Assembly: GCA_963728915.1 (NCBI GenBank)
Contig: CAVSLV010000001.1
Span: 1,312,001-1,376,000, forward strand
Length of the DNA: 64,000 bases
Source of the DNA: an uncultured Gemmatimonadales bacterium
GTDB taxonomy: Bacteria; Gemmatimonadota; Gemmatimonadetes; Gemmatimonadales; GWC2-71-9
Direction of reading: 5' to 3'
Numbering within the stretch: the first letter of the stretch is position 1; the number at the start of each line of letters is the position of its first letter. The translations under genes were made by a program, and so were the position numbers. This document shows, in pieces, positions 50,445-60,682 of this stretch. The notes under the pieces were generated by a model. That model searched no databases. It saw only the letters and a list, made by a program, of their open reading frames with translations, and was not told the DNA's origin.

Positions 50445-50481
50445 TGGGGGCAAGCTACCTCGCTCGAGAATCGGCGGCAAG

Positions 50482-51309
50482 ATGAATAACGGCACGGCAT
50501 TGCTTGCCATTGCGGAGCGAGCCGCGTGGAAGGCAGCCGAGTACATCCGATCGGCGGGCACTTCGACCGTCCGACCATCTGACCGTCTGACCGTCCGCGA
50601 CAAGGGCCATCATGACTGGGTCACCGAGGTCGACCGGGAATCGGAGCGGCTGATCGCCGAGGTGCTCCGCGCCGAGACCCCGCGCTCGCATCTCATGGGC
50701 GAAGAAGGAAGCCCGAGCCTCCGGCGCGAGGGTCTGGTCTGGATCGTGGACCCGCTCGACGGCACCACCAACTTCCTGCACGGCTACCCCCAGTTCGCGG
50801 TGTCGATCGCGGCGGCCCGGGACGGGGTGCTGGAGGCGGCGGTGATCGTCGACATAACCCGGGAGTCCTGCTACGGCGCGGTTCGCGGCCAGGGGGCCTG
50901 GTGCGCCGGCGCCCGGCTCCGGGTTTCCCCCACCAGCGAGCCTGACCGTGCCCTCCTCGGCACCGGTTTCCCCTTCAAGCACCTGGACCGCCTCGAAGAG
51001 TATCTGGATCAGTTTCGCACCCTCCTTCCCGCCGCAAGCGGGATCCGGCGCACCGGGGCCGCCGCCCTGGACCTCGCCGACATCGCCCTGGGGCGGCTGG
51101 ACGGGTTCTGGGAGCTCATGCTGGCGCCCTGGGACATCGCCGCGGGACTCCTGCTGATTCGGGAAGCCGGGGGCGTGGCCACCGATCTTTCGGGAAGGAC
51201 CATCGGCGTGGAGCACACCGGTGTGGTCGCGGGGAATCCGGCCATTCATGCCTGGCTGCTGAAGGTGCTCAGGCAGCCTTCGTCAGGATCCGGGGACCTT
51301 CCCGGGTAA
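50482..51309 (+). CDS. suhB: Inositol monophosphatase family protein
   Basis: GEE, WIVDPLDGTTNF, RRTGAAALDL, PWDIAAG. Confidence 0.92.
   Translation: MNNGTALLAIAERAAWKAAEYIRSAGTSTVRPSDRLTVRDKGHHDWVTEVDRESERLIAEVLRAETPRSHLMGEEGSPSLRREGLVWIVDPLDGTTNFLHGYPQFAVSIAAARDGVLEAAVIVDITRESCYGAVRGQGAWCAGARLRVSPTSEPDRALLGTGFPFKHLDRLEEYLDQFRTLLPAASGIRRTGAAALDLADIALGRLDGFWELMLAPWDIAAGLLLIREAGGVATDLSGRTIGVEHTGVVAGNPAIHAWLLKVLRQPSSGSGDLPG
50565..50597. repeat. 8-mer GACCRTCY tandem repeat inside suhB
   Basis: gaccgtcc gaccatct gaccgtct gaccgtcc, encoding TVRPSDRLTVR. Confidence 0.75.
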
Positions 51310-52024
51310 TAGCGACGGTGTGCTCGAAGTGGGCCGACAGCGAGCCATCCGCCGTCACCACGGTCCATTTGTCGTCGAGCATCCGGGTGGCGTAGTCCCC
51401 CGCGGTGATCATCGGCTCGAGCGCCAGCGTCATGCCCAGCTGGAGCCGGGGCCCGCGATGAGGCTGGCCGTGGTTGGGGACCTGAGGATCCTCGTGCATC
51501 CGCTGACCCACTCCGTGCCCCACCAGCTCCCGCACCACGCCGAACCCCGCGGCTTCCGCGGTTCGCTGGATCGCGTGGCCGATATCGCCCACATGGTTGC
51601 CCAGCCTCGCCTCCGCGATGCCCGCCGTCAGTGCCTCCTGGGTCACGTCGAGCAGCCGCCGGGCTTCAGGCGCGATCTCACCCACCGGGAAGGTGGCCGC
51701 TGAATCGGCATGGTAGCCGTTGAGGTACACCCCGACGTCGATGCTCACGATGTTTCCCTCGCGCAGGATCCGGCGGGGCGAGGGAATGCCGTGCACGATC
51801 TCATCATTGATCGAGATGCAGAGGCTCTTGGGGAAGCCGTAGAGGCCTTTGAAGGAGGGCGTCGCCCCGGGATGGCTCCGGATGAACTTCTCGGCGGCGG
51901 CGTCCAGCGCTTCAGTGGAGATCCCCGGCTCGACCAGTCCGCCGACCAGGGCCAGGGTTCCGGCCACGATGGCTCCTGCGCTGGCCATGAGGTCGATTTC
52001 CCGGGGAGACTTGAGCGTCACCAT
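51269..52024 (-). CDS. map: Methionine aminopeptidase type I
   Basis: CISINDEIVHGIP, GHGVG..HEDP, EPM, SAHFEHT. Confidence 0.96.
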   Translation of the reverse strand: MVTLKSPREIDLMASAGAIVAGTLALVGGLVEPGISTEALDAAAEKFIRSHPGATPSFKGLYGFPKSLCISINDEIVHGIPSPRRILREGNIVSIDVGVYLNGYHADSAATFPVGEIAPEARRLLDVTQEALTAGIAEARLGNHVGDIGHAIQRTAEAAGFGVVRELVGHGVGQRMHEDPQVPNHGQPHRGPRLQLGMTLALEPMITAGDYATRMLDDKWTVVTADGSLSAHFEHTVAITREGPRILTKAA

Positions 52025-52037
52025 GTCCTGCCGCGGT

Positions 52038-52601
52038 TCAAGAGCCGATGGCGTCGCGAACCCGCCGCGCGATCTCCTCCACGGTCCCGATGGCCGGGAT
52101 CCGGGTCACTCCGCCCTGTTGTTCATACCAGTCGAGCACCGGGGCGGTCTGTTCCCGGTAGGCCTTGAGCCGCCGCTCCACCGCCACGGGGTCGTCATCG
52201 CTCCGTCCCTCGACGGTCCTCCGCTTGGCGATCCGGGCGAGGATCTCCGCGTCGGGAACATCGAAGAACAGCACCTGATCCATGCGTCGTCCCTGGGCGG
52301 ACAGCAATCCCGCGACCCCTTCGGCCTGGGGAATGGTCCGGACCACCCCGTCGAAGACGACACCCCGGGAGGCTTCCGGCTTCACCAGCTCTTCCCGGAC
52401 GATCCCCATGATGAGGTCGTCGGCCACGAGGGCCCCGCTATCGTAAACCGCCTTGGCGGCTTTTCCGAGGGTGGTCTGGCGAGCGATGGCGTCGCGGATC
52501 AGATCGCCGGTGGCAAATTTCGGAATCCCGAGTCGCTCGGCGAGGATGGCTCCCTGGGTGCCTTTCCCGGCGCCCGGGGGACCCAGCAGGAGAATGTCCA
52601 T
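52038..52601 (-). CDS. adk: Adenylate kinase (short LID)
   Basis: GPPGAGKGTQ, TGD.IR, GRSDD. Confidence 0.95.
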   Translation of the reverse strand: MDILLLGPPGAGKGTQGAILAERLGIPKFATGDLIRDAIARQTTLGKAAKAVYDSGALVADDLIMGIVREELVKPEASRGVVFDGVVRTIPQAEGVAGLLSAQGRRMDQVLFFDVPDAEILARIAKRRTVEGRSDDDPVAVERRLKAYREQTAPVLDWYEQQGGVTRIPAIGTVEEIARRVRDAIGS

Positions 52602-52611
52602 CTACCGGCAG

Positions 52612-52646
52612 TCTCCTCGCCCCTCACGGCTCGCACCTCGCACCTA
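52612..52646. repeat. Degenerate 7-mer tandem repeat starting at the secY stop
   Basis: tctcctc gcccctc acggctc gcacctc gcacct. Confidence 0.55.
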
Positions 52647-53957
52647 TATGTACCTCTGTTGCCTGCCCCGGAACTTGACCCGACCCGACTTCATGAAGCT
52701 GTCGTATTTCCGGAGCGTGCGGTGCTGCTCGACCTGCGCAATGGTATCGAGCAGCACGCCCACCACGATCAGCACGGAAGTGCCCCCGAACACCGCCTGA
52801 AAGCCGACCCGCTTTGCGATCACGATGGGGAGAATGGCGATGACCGCCAGAAAGATCGCGCCCGGCAGGGTCACCCGCGCCAGCACCCCGTCGATGTAAT
52901 CCGCGGTCGCGGCGCCCGGCTTCACGCCGGGAATGAACCCGCCCTGCTTCTTGAGGTTCTCGGCGAGATCCACCGAGTTGAACACGATCGAGGTGTAGAA
53001 GTAGCTGAACAGCAGGATCATCACCGCGAAGGTCAGGTTGTAGGCCCATCCCCCCGGCTGAAAGATCGCGGCCAGGTCGGCCAGGAAGGGGCTCTTGGTG
53101 AAATTGGCAATGGTGCCCGGCACGATGATGATGGTCTGGGCGAATACGATCGGCATCACCCCGGCCGTAATCAGCCGGATCGGGATGAACGTCTTCTGAC
53201 CTTCGCGGATCCGGCCCCGCCCCATCACCTTGCGGGGAATCTGGATCGGAATCCGCCGGGCCGCGATGGTCATCGCCACGACGGCGGCAATGGCCGCCAC
53301 CGCCACCAGGATGAGGAACACCGCGCCGCTGATCGAGACCACGTTGGTCTTGATCGAATTGATCAGCTGGAAGCTGGCGGGCCAGAGGCGCTCCATGATC
53401 GACACGGCGATGAGCATGCTCATCCCGTTGCCGATCCCGCGTTCGGTGATCTGCTCCCCGAGCCACATCACGAAGATCGCGCCCGCGGTCAGGGTGAAGA
53501 CCATGGTGAGCCGGGAGGCGAAGCCCGGATTCACCATCGCGCCGGGAATGCCCTCGGTGAAGAGGGTGAAGGTGTACGCCTGGGAAAAGGCGATGAAGAT
53601 CGTCATGTAGCGGGTCCACTGGGTGAGCCGTTTCCGGCCCTCCTCTTCCTTCTGCATCTTGCTGACCGTCGGCACCAGCCCGCCCGCCAGCTGGAAGATG
53701 ATCGACGCCGAGATGTACGGCATGATGCCGAGCGCAAAGATGGTCGCCCGGTAGAGACCGCCGCCCAGGGCGTCGTACAGGTTGAAAAAGCCCTGGGCCG
53801 CCGAGTTCTGAATGTAGGCAACCAGCGCCGCCGGGTTGACCCCCGGGGCGGTGATGTGCGCGCCGATCCGGTAGATCAGAATCGCGAGCAGGGTGAAGAG
53901 CAGCTTGTTCTTGAGCTCTTCGTCGATCCCCAGCGATGGAACCTTGGGTGCGGTCAC
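52644..53957 (-). CDS. secY: Preprotein translocase SecY
   Basis: ALGIMPYISASII, WLGEQITERGIGNG, GVMPIVFA, GGTSVLIVV. Confidence 0.97.
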   Translation of the reverse strand: MTAPKVPSLGIDEELKNKLLFTLLAILIYRIGAHITAPGVNPAALVAYIQNSAAQGFFNLYDALGGGLYRATIFALGIMPYISASIIFQLAGGLVPTVSKMQKEEEGRKRLTQWTRYMTIFIAFSQAYTFTLFTEGIPGAMVNPGFASRLTMVFTLTAGAIFVMWLGEQITERGIGNGMSMLIAVSIMERLWPASFQLINSIKTNVVSISGAVFLILVAVAAIAAVVAMTIAARRIPIQIPRKVMGRGRIREGQKTFIPIRLITAGVMPIVFAQTIIIVPGTIANFTKSPFLADLAAIFQPGGWAYNLTFAVMILLFSYFYTSIVFNSVDLAENLKKQGGFIPGVKPGAATADYIDGVLARVTLPGAIFLAVIAILPIVIAKRVGFQAVFGGTSVLIVVGVLLDTIAQVEQHRTLRKYDSFMKSGRVKFRGRQQRYI

Positions 53958-54403
53958 TCCTCCTCGATCCTCCCGCCCGCGGCCTCGATCTTGGCCCGGG
54001 CCTGTGCCGAAAGCTGAACCCCCTTGACGGTGTAGGCCCGCTCGGCCTCCCCGGTCGCGAGCAGCTTGACCGGCTGCTGGGGCCGGCCGATCAGCCCCGC
54101 GGCGAACAGGGTCTCGGGAGTGAGCTCGGTGACCCCGACCTTGGCGAGCTGCCGGAGGTTCACGGTCTGCGACCGCACCTGGAAGGGATTGGTGAAGCCG
54201 CGCTTGGGCAGCCGGCGATACATCGGCATCTGCCCACCTTCGAAGCCCGGATTGGTCCCGCCGCCGGTGCGCGCCTTGTGGCCCTTGTGGCCTTTGCCCG
54301 CGGTCTTGCCCAGGCCCGAGCCAACGCCTCGCCCCAGTCGCTTCCGGGAACGATGAGAGCCCTTGGCCGGGCGCAGATTCGAAAGAGTGATCTTCTCAGT
54401 CAT
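53954..54403 (-). CDS. rplO: 50S ribosomal protein L15
   Basis: GRGVGSGLGKT, FEGGQMP. Confidence 0.97.
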   Translation of the reverse strand: MTEKITLSNLRPAKGSHRSRKRLGRGVGSGLGKTAGKGHKGHKARTGGGTNPGFEGGQMPMYRRLPKRGFTNPFQVRSQTVNLRQLAKVGVTELTPETLFAAGLIGRPQQPVKLLATGEAERAYTVKGVQLSAQARAKIEAAGGRIEEE

Positions 54404-54651
54404 ACGCCTTCCACTTTCACCAGGTGCCGCACCTTCACCAGCATGCCCCGCACTGAGCCGTTGTTCGGCAGCTCAACCGTCATCTGGTGCTTCATCAGCC
54501 CGAGCGAGTGGAGGGTTCTCCGCATCGTTTCGGCATGCCCAATGCCGGACCGGATCTGGGTGACCCGGATTCGCGCCGCCTCCTGCTCGGACGGGATGGT
54601 CGCGGCATGATAGGCCGGACCCTGTCGTCCAACCACCGGGTTCCGCCCCAT
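54400..54651 (-). CDS. rpmD: 50S ribosomal protein L30 with N-terminal extension
   Basis: IRVTQIRSGIG..TLHSLGL..VRGML.KVRHLV; GGAGG SD. Confidence 0.92.
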   Translation of the reverse strand: MGRNPVVGRQGPAYHAATIPSEQEAARIRVTQIRSGIGHAETMRRTLHSLGLMKHQMTVELPNNGSVRGMLVKVRHLVKVEGV

Positions 54652-54652
54652 C

Positions 54653-55336
54653 TCAGGACCTCCTTCCCGGAGAAATTTCCTGCCGGGCCCGGTACTGGAG
54701 TCCATCCACCTCGATCTGACGCTCCCGCGCAACCTGGGCGACCGACACCAGCGAGCGCAAACCGTCCATCGTGGCGCGCACCATGTTGTGTGGATTGGTG
54801 GAGCCCAGGCTCTTGGTCAGGATATCGGTGATCCCGGCGCATTCCAGGACCGCCCGGACCGGGCCCCCCGCTATGACGCCGGTTCCGGTCGCCGCCGGCT
54901 TGAGCAGCACTCGCCCCGCACCGTGGCGACCCAGCACCTCGTGGGGGATGGTCGTCCCGGTCCGGGGCACCTCCGCCATGGAACGCTTGGCCGCGTCCAC
55001 CGCCTTGCGAACCGCCTCGGAGACTTCATTCGCCTTCCCGGTCGCGAGACCGACCCGGCCCTTGCCGTCGCCTACCGCGACCAGCGCATTGAACGAGAAC
55101 CGCCGGCCGCCCTTGACCACTTTGGCGACCCGGTTGATGTCCACCACTTTCTCGACGAATTCGCTTCCCGCCTCATCACGGCCCCGGTCCCGGCGCGGTC
55201 CCCGGTCACCCCGGGAACGCTCTCCGCCCCGGCCCCCTCGACCCCGGCCGCGCCGTGCGGGCGCCTCCTGAGTCGTGGTGGTGGGTTCTTCGGTTCCGCC
55301 GACCGGTTCGGCCGTCGACTGTTCCTGTTCAGCCAT
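54653..55336 (-). CDS. rpsE: 30S ribosomal protein S5
   Basis: [23 protein letters not shown]. Confidence 0.97.
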   Translation of the reverse strand: MAEQEQSTAEPVGGTEEPTTTTQEAPARRGRGRGGRGGERSRGDRGPRRDRGRDEAGSEFVEKVVDINRVAKVVKGGRRFSFNALVAVGDGKGRVGLATGKANEVSEAVRKAVDAAKRSMAEVPRTGTTIPHEVLGRHGAGRVLLKPAATGTGVIAGGPVRAVLECAGITDILTKSLGSTNPHNMVRATMDGLRSLVSVAQVARERQIEVDGLQYRARQEISPGRRS

Positions 55337-55338
55337 GC

Positions 55339-55710
55339 TTACAGCTCCAATCCGCCCTCGCGGGCCCCTTCGGCGACGGCCTGGACCCGGCCGTGATACT
55401 TGTACCCGGCGCGGTCGAAGACCACCCGGGTGATGCCCTGCGCCTTGGCGCGGGTCGCGAGCAGCTTCCCCACCGCCTTCGCCCGTGCCACCTTGCCCTG
55501 CCCATCGGACGTGATACCCTCGGTGGTATCGCTGACGCCGAGCAGGGTGGTGCCGCGATCGTCATCGACCAGCCGGCCGTAGATGTGCTTGAGCGAGCGA
55601 AAGACCACCAACCGGGGACGCTCCCCGGTGCCCTGCACCCGCTTGCGGACCCGAAGGTGCCGGCGATAGCGCCGCTCTTCCCGGGTTCTCGGCGAATGAA
55701 TCGCACGCAT
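55339..55710 (-). CDS. rplR: 50S ribosomal protein L18
   Basis: [22 protein letters not shown]. Confidence 0.96.
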   Translation of the reverse strand: MRAIHSPRTREERRYRRHLRVRKRVQGTGERPRLVVFRSLKHIYGRLVDDDRGTTLLGVSDTTEGITSDGQGKVARAKAVGKLLATRAKAQGITRVVFDRAGYKYHGRVQAVAEGAREGGLEL

Positions 55711-56249
55711 CACTTCGCTCCTGTCTTGCCGGCTTTGCGGCGTACCCGCTCACCCTGGTAGCGGATCCCCTTGCCCTTGTAGGGCTCCGGCGGCCGGATC
55801 TGGCGGAGCTCCGAGGCGACCTGGCCCACCAGCTCCTTGTCGGCTCCGCTGATCTTGATCACCGTGTTCGCCTCGATGGCGAAGGTGATTCCCTTGGGCG
55901 CCCGATACTGCACCGGATGGGAGAAGCCCACGTGGACCGTGATCCCGTCCTTATTGGCTTCGGCCTTGTAGCCGACGCCCTGGATTTCCAGGGTCTTCTG
56001 GTACCCGTTGGTCACTCCCTCGACCATGTTGGCAACCAGGGTACGGGTCAGGCCATGCAGGGCCTTGTGCCGTGGCTCGTCGCTGGGCCGGTCCACCTGG
56101 ACCTGGTTGTTTTCGATGCGCACGCCCAGCTCGCGATGGAGGTTCCGAAAGAGCTCCCCTTTGGGGCCCTTGATCCGCAGAACACTCCCATCGATCGCGG
56201 CGCTGACGCCACTGGGGAGAGCAACAGGCTTTTTTCCGATTCGTGACAT
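55710..56249 (-). CDS. rplF: 50S ribosomal protein L6
   Basis: [17 protein letters not shown]. Confidence 0.97.
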   Translation of the reverse strand: MSRIGKKPVALPSGVSAAIDGSVLRIKGPKGELFRNLHRELGVRIENNQVQVDRPSDEPRHKALHGLTRTLVANMVEGVTNGYQKTLEIQGVGYKAEANKDGITVHVGFSHPVQYRAPKGITFAIEANTVIKISGADKELVGQVASELRQIRPPEPYKGKGIRYQGERVRRKAGKTGAK

Positions 56250-56270
56250 GGTCTATTTCCTGATATCTGT

Positions 56271-56348
56271 TGGGAGGTTTGGAGGATTGGAAGCGGGGAG
56301 ACTGAAACTCCGCCTGCCCTCCTGTCCTCCTATCCTCCGGTCCTTTCC
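56271..56348. repeat. Degenerate 8-mer GGAGG-type tandem-repeat hairpin between rpsH and rplF
   Basis: tgggaggt ttggagga ttggaagc ggggagac / ctgccctc ctgtcctc ctatcctc cggtcctt. Confidence 0.65.
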
Positions 56349-56349
56349 G

Positions 56350-56745
56350 CTACCACACCACCGCCAGCAACTCGCCCCCCAGATTCGCCGCTCGCGCCTG
56401 GCGGTCCGACATGAGACCCTTGGGCGTGGACACGATCGCGATGCCGAGCCCGTTGCGAACCCGGGGAATCTCCCGCGACTTGACGTAGCGGCGGAGTCCC
56501 GGCGAGGAAACCCGGCGCAGCTCCCGGATCACCGGCTGTTCTTCGTGGTAGCGCAGGTACAGCCGGAGGACGCCCCGGCCGCCGTCATCGAGCGATTTGA
56601 AATCGGCGACGAAGTGGTTCTCCGCCAGGATCCGCGCCAACTGTTCCTTGAGCTTGGATCGGGGAATGTCGACCCGCCGGTGGCCGGCTGCACAGGCATT
56701 CCGGATCCGGGTCAGCATGTCCGCTACAGGGTCTGTCATGCTCAT
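56350..56745 (-). CDS. rpsH: 30S ribosomal protein S8
   Basis: DPVADMLTRIRN, SPGLRRY, GGE. Confidence 0.97.
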   Translation of the reverse strand: MSMTDPVADMLTRIRNACAAGHRRVDIPRSKLKEQLARILAENHFVADFKSLDDGGRGVLRLYLRYHEEQPVIRELRRVSSPGLRRYVKSREIPRVRNGLGIAIVSTPKGLMSDRQARAANLGGELLAVVW

Positions 56746-56752
56746 GCGTTCC

Positions 56753-56938
56753 TCACCAGCTGGCTTTGCGCACGCCGGGGATGTGCCCCTTGAGTGCGAG
56801 TTCGCGGAAACAGATCCGGCACAGGCCGAACTTCCGGAGCACCGCTCGCTGGCGGCCGCACCGCTGGCAGCGGCGCACTCTCCGGGTCGAGAATTTCGGG
56901 GTTCGCTTGGCGCGTTCGATCCATGCTGTCTTCGCCAT
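56753..56938 (-). CDS. rpsN: 30S ribosomal protein S14, Zn-binding (type Z)
   Basis: [22 protein letters not shown]. Confidence 0.96.
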   Translation of the reverse strand: MAKTAWIERAKRTPKFSTRRVRRCQRCGRQRAVLRKFGLCRICFRELALKGHIPGVRKASW

Positions 56939-56955
56939 CCACTACTCCTTATTCG

Positions 56956-57693
56956 CTATGCCTGATTTGCCGCTATGGTCGGCTGGGGAGTTTCCCCGCG
57001 AAACGGCCATCCCATTTCTCTGAGCAGTCCCATCGCCAGGTCGTCCCGCGGCGCGGTGGTCACGATCGTGATGTCCATGCCGTGGATCTTCTCGACCTTG
57101 TCGTAATCCACTTCGGGAAAGATCAGCTGCTCCTTGATCCCGAAGGTGTAGCTCCCCCGCCCATCGAAGCTCTTGTTGGGGAGCCCGCGGAAGTCGCGGA
57201 CCCGGGGCACCGCCAGGGAGATGAACCGGTCCAGGAACTCGTACATCCGGGGGCCTCGCAGCGTGACCCGGGCGCCGACCGGCACTCCGGCCCGGATGCC
57301 GAAGTTCGCGATCGACTTCTTGGACCGGGTCACCACCGGCTTCTGCCCGGTGATCGCGGTCAGCTCCGCCAGCGCCGCCTCGAGCTGCTTGGCGTTCTTC
57401 GAGGCGTCTCCCATGCCCACGTTGAGCACGATCTTCTCGATCCGGGGAATCTGATGGGGATTCTGGAGACCGAACTGCTTCATGAGCCGGCCCCGCACCG
57501 TGTTGGTGTAGTAGGCCTGCAGCCGCGGCATGCCATCACGCACCTTCGGCGTGGGGTCGGTGACGCCGCCCGCGCCTTTGTCCTTCCCCTTGCCGCCCTT
57601 GGCCGGGGCGCCGCCCTTGCCCCCTTTGGGCGCGGCCTTCGCGGCCGGGGCCTTCTCGGGCGCCGGCGCGGCGGCGTTGGTTGGTTCGCTCAT
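56956..57693 (-). CDS. rplE: 50S ribosomal protein L5 with long N-terminal extension
   Basis: [23 protein letters not shown]. Confidence 0.96.
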   Translation of the reverse strand: MSEPTNAAAPAPEKAPAAKAAPKGGKGGAPAKGGKGKDKGAGGVTDPTPKVRDGMPRLQAYYTNTVRGRLMKQFGLQNPHQIPRIEKIVLNVGMGDASKNAKQLEAALAELTAITGQKPVVTRSKKSIANFGIRAGVPVGARVTLRGPRMYEFLDRFISLAVPRVRDFRGLPNKSFDGRGSYTFGIKEQLIFPEVDYDKVEKIHGMDITIVTTAPRDDLAMGLLREMGWPFRGETPQPTIAANQA

Positions 57694-58074
57694 CTATCGA
57701 TTCCTCGCAATCGCCTGGCCTGACTTGGCCGCGATCCGCTCCATAGTGCCGTCCTTGTCGATCCGCCGGCGCACCCGGGTCGGCTCGCCGCCCTTGGGAT
57801 CGAGCAGCATCACCTTCGAGTGGTGGATCGGGGCCGGGAACTGCACGATGCCGGCCTCGGTGTTCTGGGTCGCTTTCTTGTGGCGCTTCACCACGTTCAC
57901 GCCTTCGATCGTCACCCGGCCGGTCTTGGGATAGACCCGGAGCACCCGGGCCCGCTTGCCCTTGTCGTCACCCGAGATCACCTGGACCATGTCGCCCTTG
58001 GTGACGTGGAGCTTGAACCGGCGCTTGGGCTGGTGGCGGAGCCGCTGCCGCTTCTTGAAGACCAACGGCTTCAT
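57694..58074 (-). CDS. rplX: 50S ribosomal protein L24
   Basis: [19 protein letters not shown]. Confidence 0.95.
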   Translation of the reverse strand: MKPLVFKKRQRLRHQPKRRFKLHVTKGDMVQVISGDDKGKRARVLRVYPKTGRVTIEGVNVVKRHKKATQNTEAGIVQFPAPIHHSKVMLLDPKGGEPTRVRRRIDKDGTMERIAAKSGQAIARNR

Positions 58075-58075
58075 G

Positions 58076-58444
58076 TCAGATCACCTCCGGCGCGAGCGAC
58101 ACGATCTTCATGTACTTCTTGTCGCGCAGCTCGCGCGCGACCGGGCCGAAGATCCGGGTGGCCCGCGGCTCTCCGGCATCGTTGATCAGCACCGCGGCGT
58201 TCTCGTCGAACCGGATGTAGGTCCCGTCCTTGCGGCGGGTCTCCTTCGCGGTCCGGACGATCACCGCCTTCGCGACGTCACCTTTCTTGACCTGGCCCGT
58301 GGGGATGGCGTCCTTCACCGCGACCACCACCACGTCGCCTAACCCGGCATAGCGGCGCTTCGAGCCGCCGAGCACCCGGATCACGAGCGCCCGCCGGGCC
58401 CCCGAATTGTCCGCGATCCTGAGGATCGTCTCCTGCTGCACCAT
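58076..58444 (-). CDS. rplN: 50S ribosomal protein L14
   Basis: [28 protein letters not shown]. Confidence 0.97.
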   Translation of the reverse strand: MVQQETILRIADNSGARRALVIRVLGGSKRRYAGLGDVVVVAVKDAIPTGQVKKGDVAKAVIVRTAKETRRKDGTYIRFDENAAVLINDAGEPRATRIFGPVARELRDKKYMKIVSLAPEVI

Positions 58445-58458
58445 GGCGGCTCTCTCCC

Positions 58459-58725
58459 TTACTTGGCCCGCTCGAGGATCTCGGCGACCCGCCAGCGCAC
58501 CGTCTTGGCGATCGGCCGGGTCTCCATGATCCGGACGGTATCGCCGGTCCGGGCGCCCAGCTCGTTGCGCGCCTTGACCAGCTTGCTCCGGGTGATCTGC
58601 TTCCCGTACACCGGGTGCGCGAACCGGCGGGTGAGCAGCACGCTCACCGTCTTGGTCATCTTGTCGCTGTGCACCACGCCCGTGCGGCTCTTGCGCTGAC
58701 GGCGGGGCTTCTCGGTCGTTGCCAT
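58459..58725 (-). CDS. rpsQ: 30S ribosomal protein S17
   Basis: [25 protein letters not shown]. Confidence 0.96.
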   Translation of the reverse strand: MATTEKPRRQRKSRTGVVHSDKMTKTVSVLLTRRFAHPVYGKQITRSKLVKARNELGARTGDTVRIMETRPIAKTVRWRVAEILERAK

Positions 58726-58737
58726 AGTCATTCCTCG

Positions 58738-58947
58738 TTAGGCCTGCCGCGGACTCCGCTTCTCGCGGAGCACCGTTTCCAGCCGGGCGATCTCCCGGCG
58801 CAGCATCCGGAAACGCATCGGGTTGTCGATCGCCTCGGTGGCCGACCGGAACCGCAGCCGGAACTCTTCCTCCCGCGCCTCGGTGAGCTTCCCCTCGAGC
58901 TGTTCGAGCGAGAGCTCCCGGAGCTCCCGCGGCTTCGTGATCGGCAT
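58738..58947 (-). CDS. rpmC: 50S ribosomal protein L29
   Basis: [24 protein letters not shown]. Confidence 0.93.
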   Translation of the reverse strand: MPITKPRELRELSLEQLEGKLTEAREEEFRLRFRSATEAIDNPMRFRMLRREIARLETVLREKRSPRQA

Positions 58948-58949
58948 CG

Positions 58950-59363
58950 TCACACCTCCGAGCGCCGGACGATCTTGGTCTTGACCGGCAGCTTCGCGGC
59001 GGCCAGGTCGAACGCCTTCTTGGCAAGCTCCGGCGTCACTCCGTCCACCTCGAACAGAATCCGGGCCGGTTTGACCACCGCCACCCAGCCCTCCGGATTC
59101 CCCTTGCCCTTCCCCATCCGGGTTTCCGCCGGCTTCTTGGTGATCGGCTTGTCCGGAAAGATCCGGATCCACACCTTCCCGCCTCGCTTCATTTCCCGGG
59201 TCATCGCGACCCGCGAGGCCTCGATCTGCCGGTTGGTGATCCAGCCCGGCTCGAGCGACATGAGCCCGAACTCACCGAACGCCAGCGTATTCCCCCGCGT
59301 GGCGATCCCCCGGGTTTTCCCCTTGAAGGTCTTCCGGAACTTGATCCGCTTCGGCGCCAGCAT
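58950..59363 (-). CDS. rplP: 50S ribosomal protein L16
   Basis: [12 protein letters not shown]. Confidence 0.97.
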   Translation of the reverse strand: MLAPKRIKFRKTFKGKTRGIATRGNTLAFGEFGLMSLEPGWITNRQIEASRVAMTREMKRGGKVWIRIFPDKPITKKPAETRMGKGKGNPEGWVAVVKPARILFEVDGVTPELAKKAFDLAAAKLPVKTKIVRRSEV

Positions 59364-59366
59364 GAC

Positions 59367-60026
59367 TCAGCTTCCCGTGCTGTAGGTGCGGCCGCTCAGG
59401 TCTTCCACCACCTCACCCTTGAAGATCCAGACCTTGATCCCGATGGTCCCGTAGGTCGTCTTGGCGGTGCTGGTGGCGTAGTCGATGTCGGCTCGCAGGG
59501 TGTGGAGCGGGACCCGCCCCTCGTGATACCCCTCGGTCCGTGCGATCTCCGCGCCGCCCAGGCGCCCCGACGCCCTGAGCTTGATGCCCTGGGCGCCCAT
59601 CCGCATCGAGCTCTGAATCGCCCGCTTCATGGCCCGGCGGAACGAAATCCGCTGTTCCAGCTGGTGGGCAATGTTGTCGGCCACCAGCTGGGCCGAGGTT
59701 TCCGGGCGCTTGATCTCCTCGACGTTGATCGCGGCTTCCTTCCCGGTGAGCTGGGCCAGCTCGTCCCGCAGCTTGTCGACCTCGGCGCCCTTCTTCCCGA
59801 TCACCACGCCGGGCCGCCCGGTATGAATGGTGACCGTGACCTTCTGGGGCCGCCGCTCGATGTGAATCTCGGCGATCGCCGCATGACCCAACCGGGTCAG
59901 CAGGTATTTCCGGACCAGCTCGTCTTCCTTGAGCAGGGCCGGCAGGTCCTTGGACGCGAAGTAGCGGGACACCCACGGCTTCACGATGCCGAGGCGGAAC
60001 CCGATCGGATTGGTCTTCTGGCCCAT
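59367..60026 (-). CDS. rpsC: 30S ribosomal protein S3
   Basis: [26 protein letters not shown]. Confidence 0.97.
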   Translation of the reverse strand: MGQKTNPIGFRLGIVKPWVSRYFASKDLPALLKEDELVRKYLLTRLGHAAIAEIHIERRPQKVTVTIHTGRPGVVIGKKGAEVDKLRDELAQLTGKEAAINVEEIKRPETSAQLVADNIAHQLEQRISFRRAMKRAIQSSMRMGAQGIKLRASGRLGGAEIARTEGYHEGRVPLHTLRADIDYATSTAKTTYGTIGIKVWIFKGEVVEDLSGRTYSTGS

Positions 60027-60385
60027 CAGTCTTCCTCTTTCGTCTTCACGTGGATCTCCACGTGGCTGGTCCGCTTCATGATCGGGGTCCCCCGGCCCTG
60101 GGCTGCCGCGTGCATCCGCTTGAGCGGCTGGCCCCCGTTCACGACCGCCTTGCTCACCATGAGCTCGTCCAGGTCGAAGGCCTCCTTCGCGCCGAGCGCT
60201 TTCTGCTCCGCGTTGGCCACCGCGCTCTTGAGCGTTTTCGCGATCTGCTTGGCGGCGTACTTCTTGTTGAATTTCAGAATCGCGTACGCGGAGTTCACGT
60301 CCTGACCCCGAATGAGATCGGCCACCAGCCGCATCTTCCGCGGCGACTGGCGCACCCCTCGCTGAATCGCGTGTCCTTCGGCCAT
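60026..60385 (-). CDS. rplV: 50S ribosomal protein L22
   Basis: [25 protein letters not shown]. Confidence 0.96.
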   Translation of the reverse strand: MAEGHAIQRGVRQSPRKMRLVADLIRGQDVNSAYAILKFNKKYAAKQIAKTLKSAVANAEQKALGAKEAFDLDELMVSKAVVNGGQPLKRMHAAAQGRGTPIMKRTSHVEIHVKTKEED

Positions 60386-60388
60386 GGG

Positions 60389-60679
60389 CTACTCCGGCTT
60401 CGCTTTCTTGTCGGCCACCAGCTTGCCGCTGTGGCCCTTGAAGGTCCGGGTCGGCGAGAACTCGCCCAGCTTGTGGCCCACCATGTTCTCGGTGACATAC
60501 ACCGGGACGAACTTGTTCCCGTTATGCACCGCGAAGGTGTGGCCCACGAACTCGGGCAGGATCGTGCTGGCCCGGCTCCAGGTCTTGATCACGCGCTTGT
60601 CGTTCTTCGAGTTGAGGATCTGCACCTTGGTGAGCAGCCTCTCCTGAACGAACGGTCCCTTCTTGACGCTTCGTGCCAT
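60389..60679 (-). CDS. rpsS: 30S ribosomal protein S19
   Basis: KKGPF, KTWSR, GHKLGEF. Confidence 0.97.
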   Translation of the reverse strand: MARSVKKGPFVQERLLTKVQILNSKNDKRVIKTWSRASTILPEFVGHTFAVHNGNKFVPVYVTENMVGHKLGEFSPTRTFKGHSGKLVADKKAKPE

Positions 60680-60682
60680 CGG

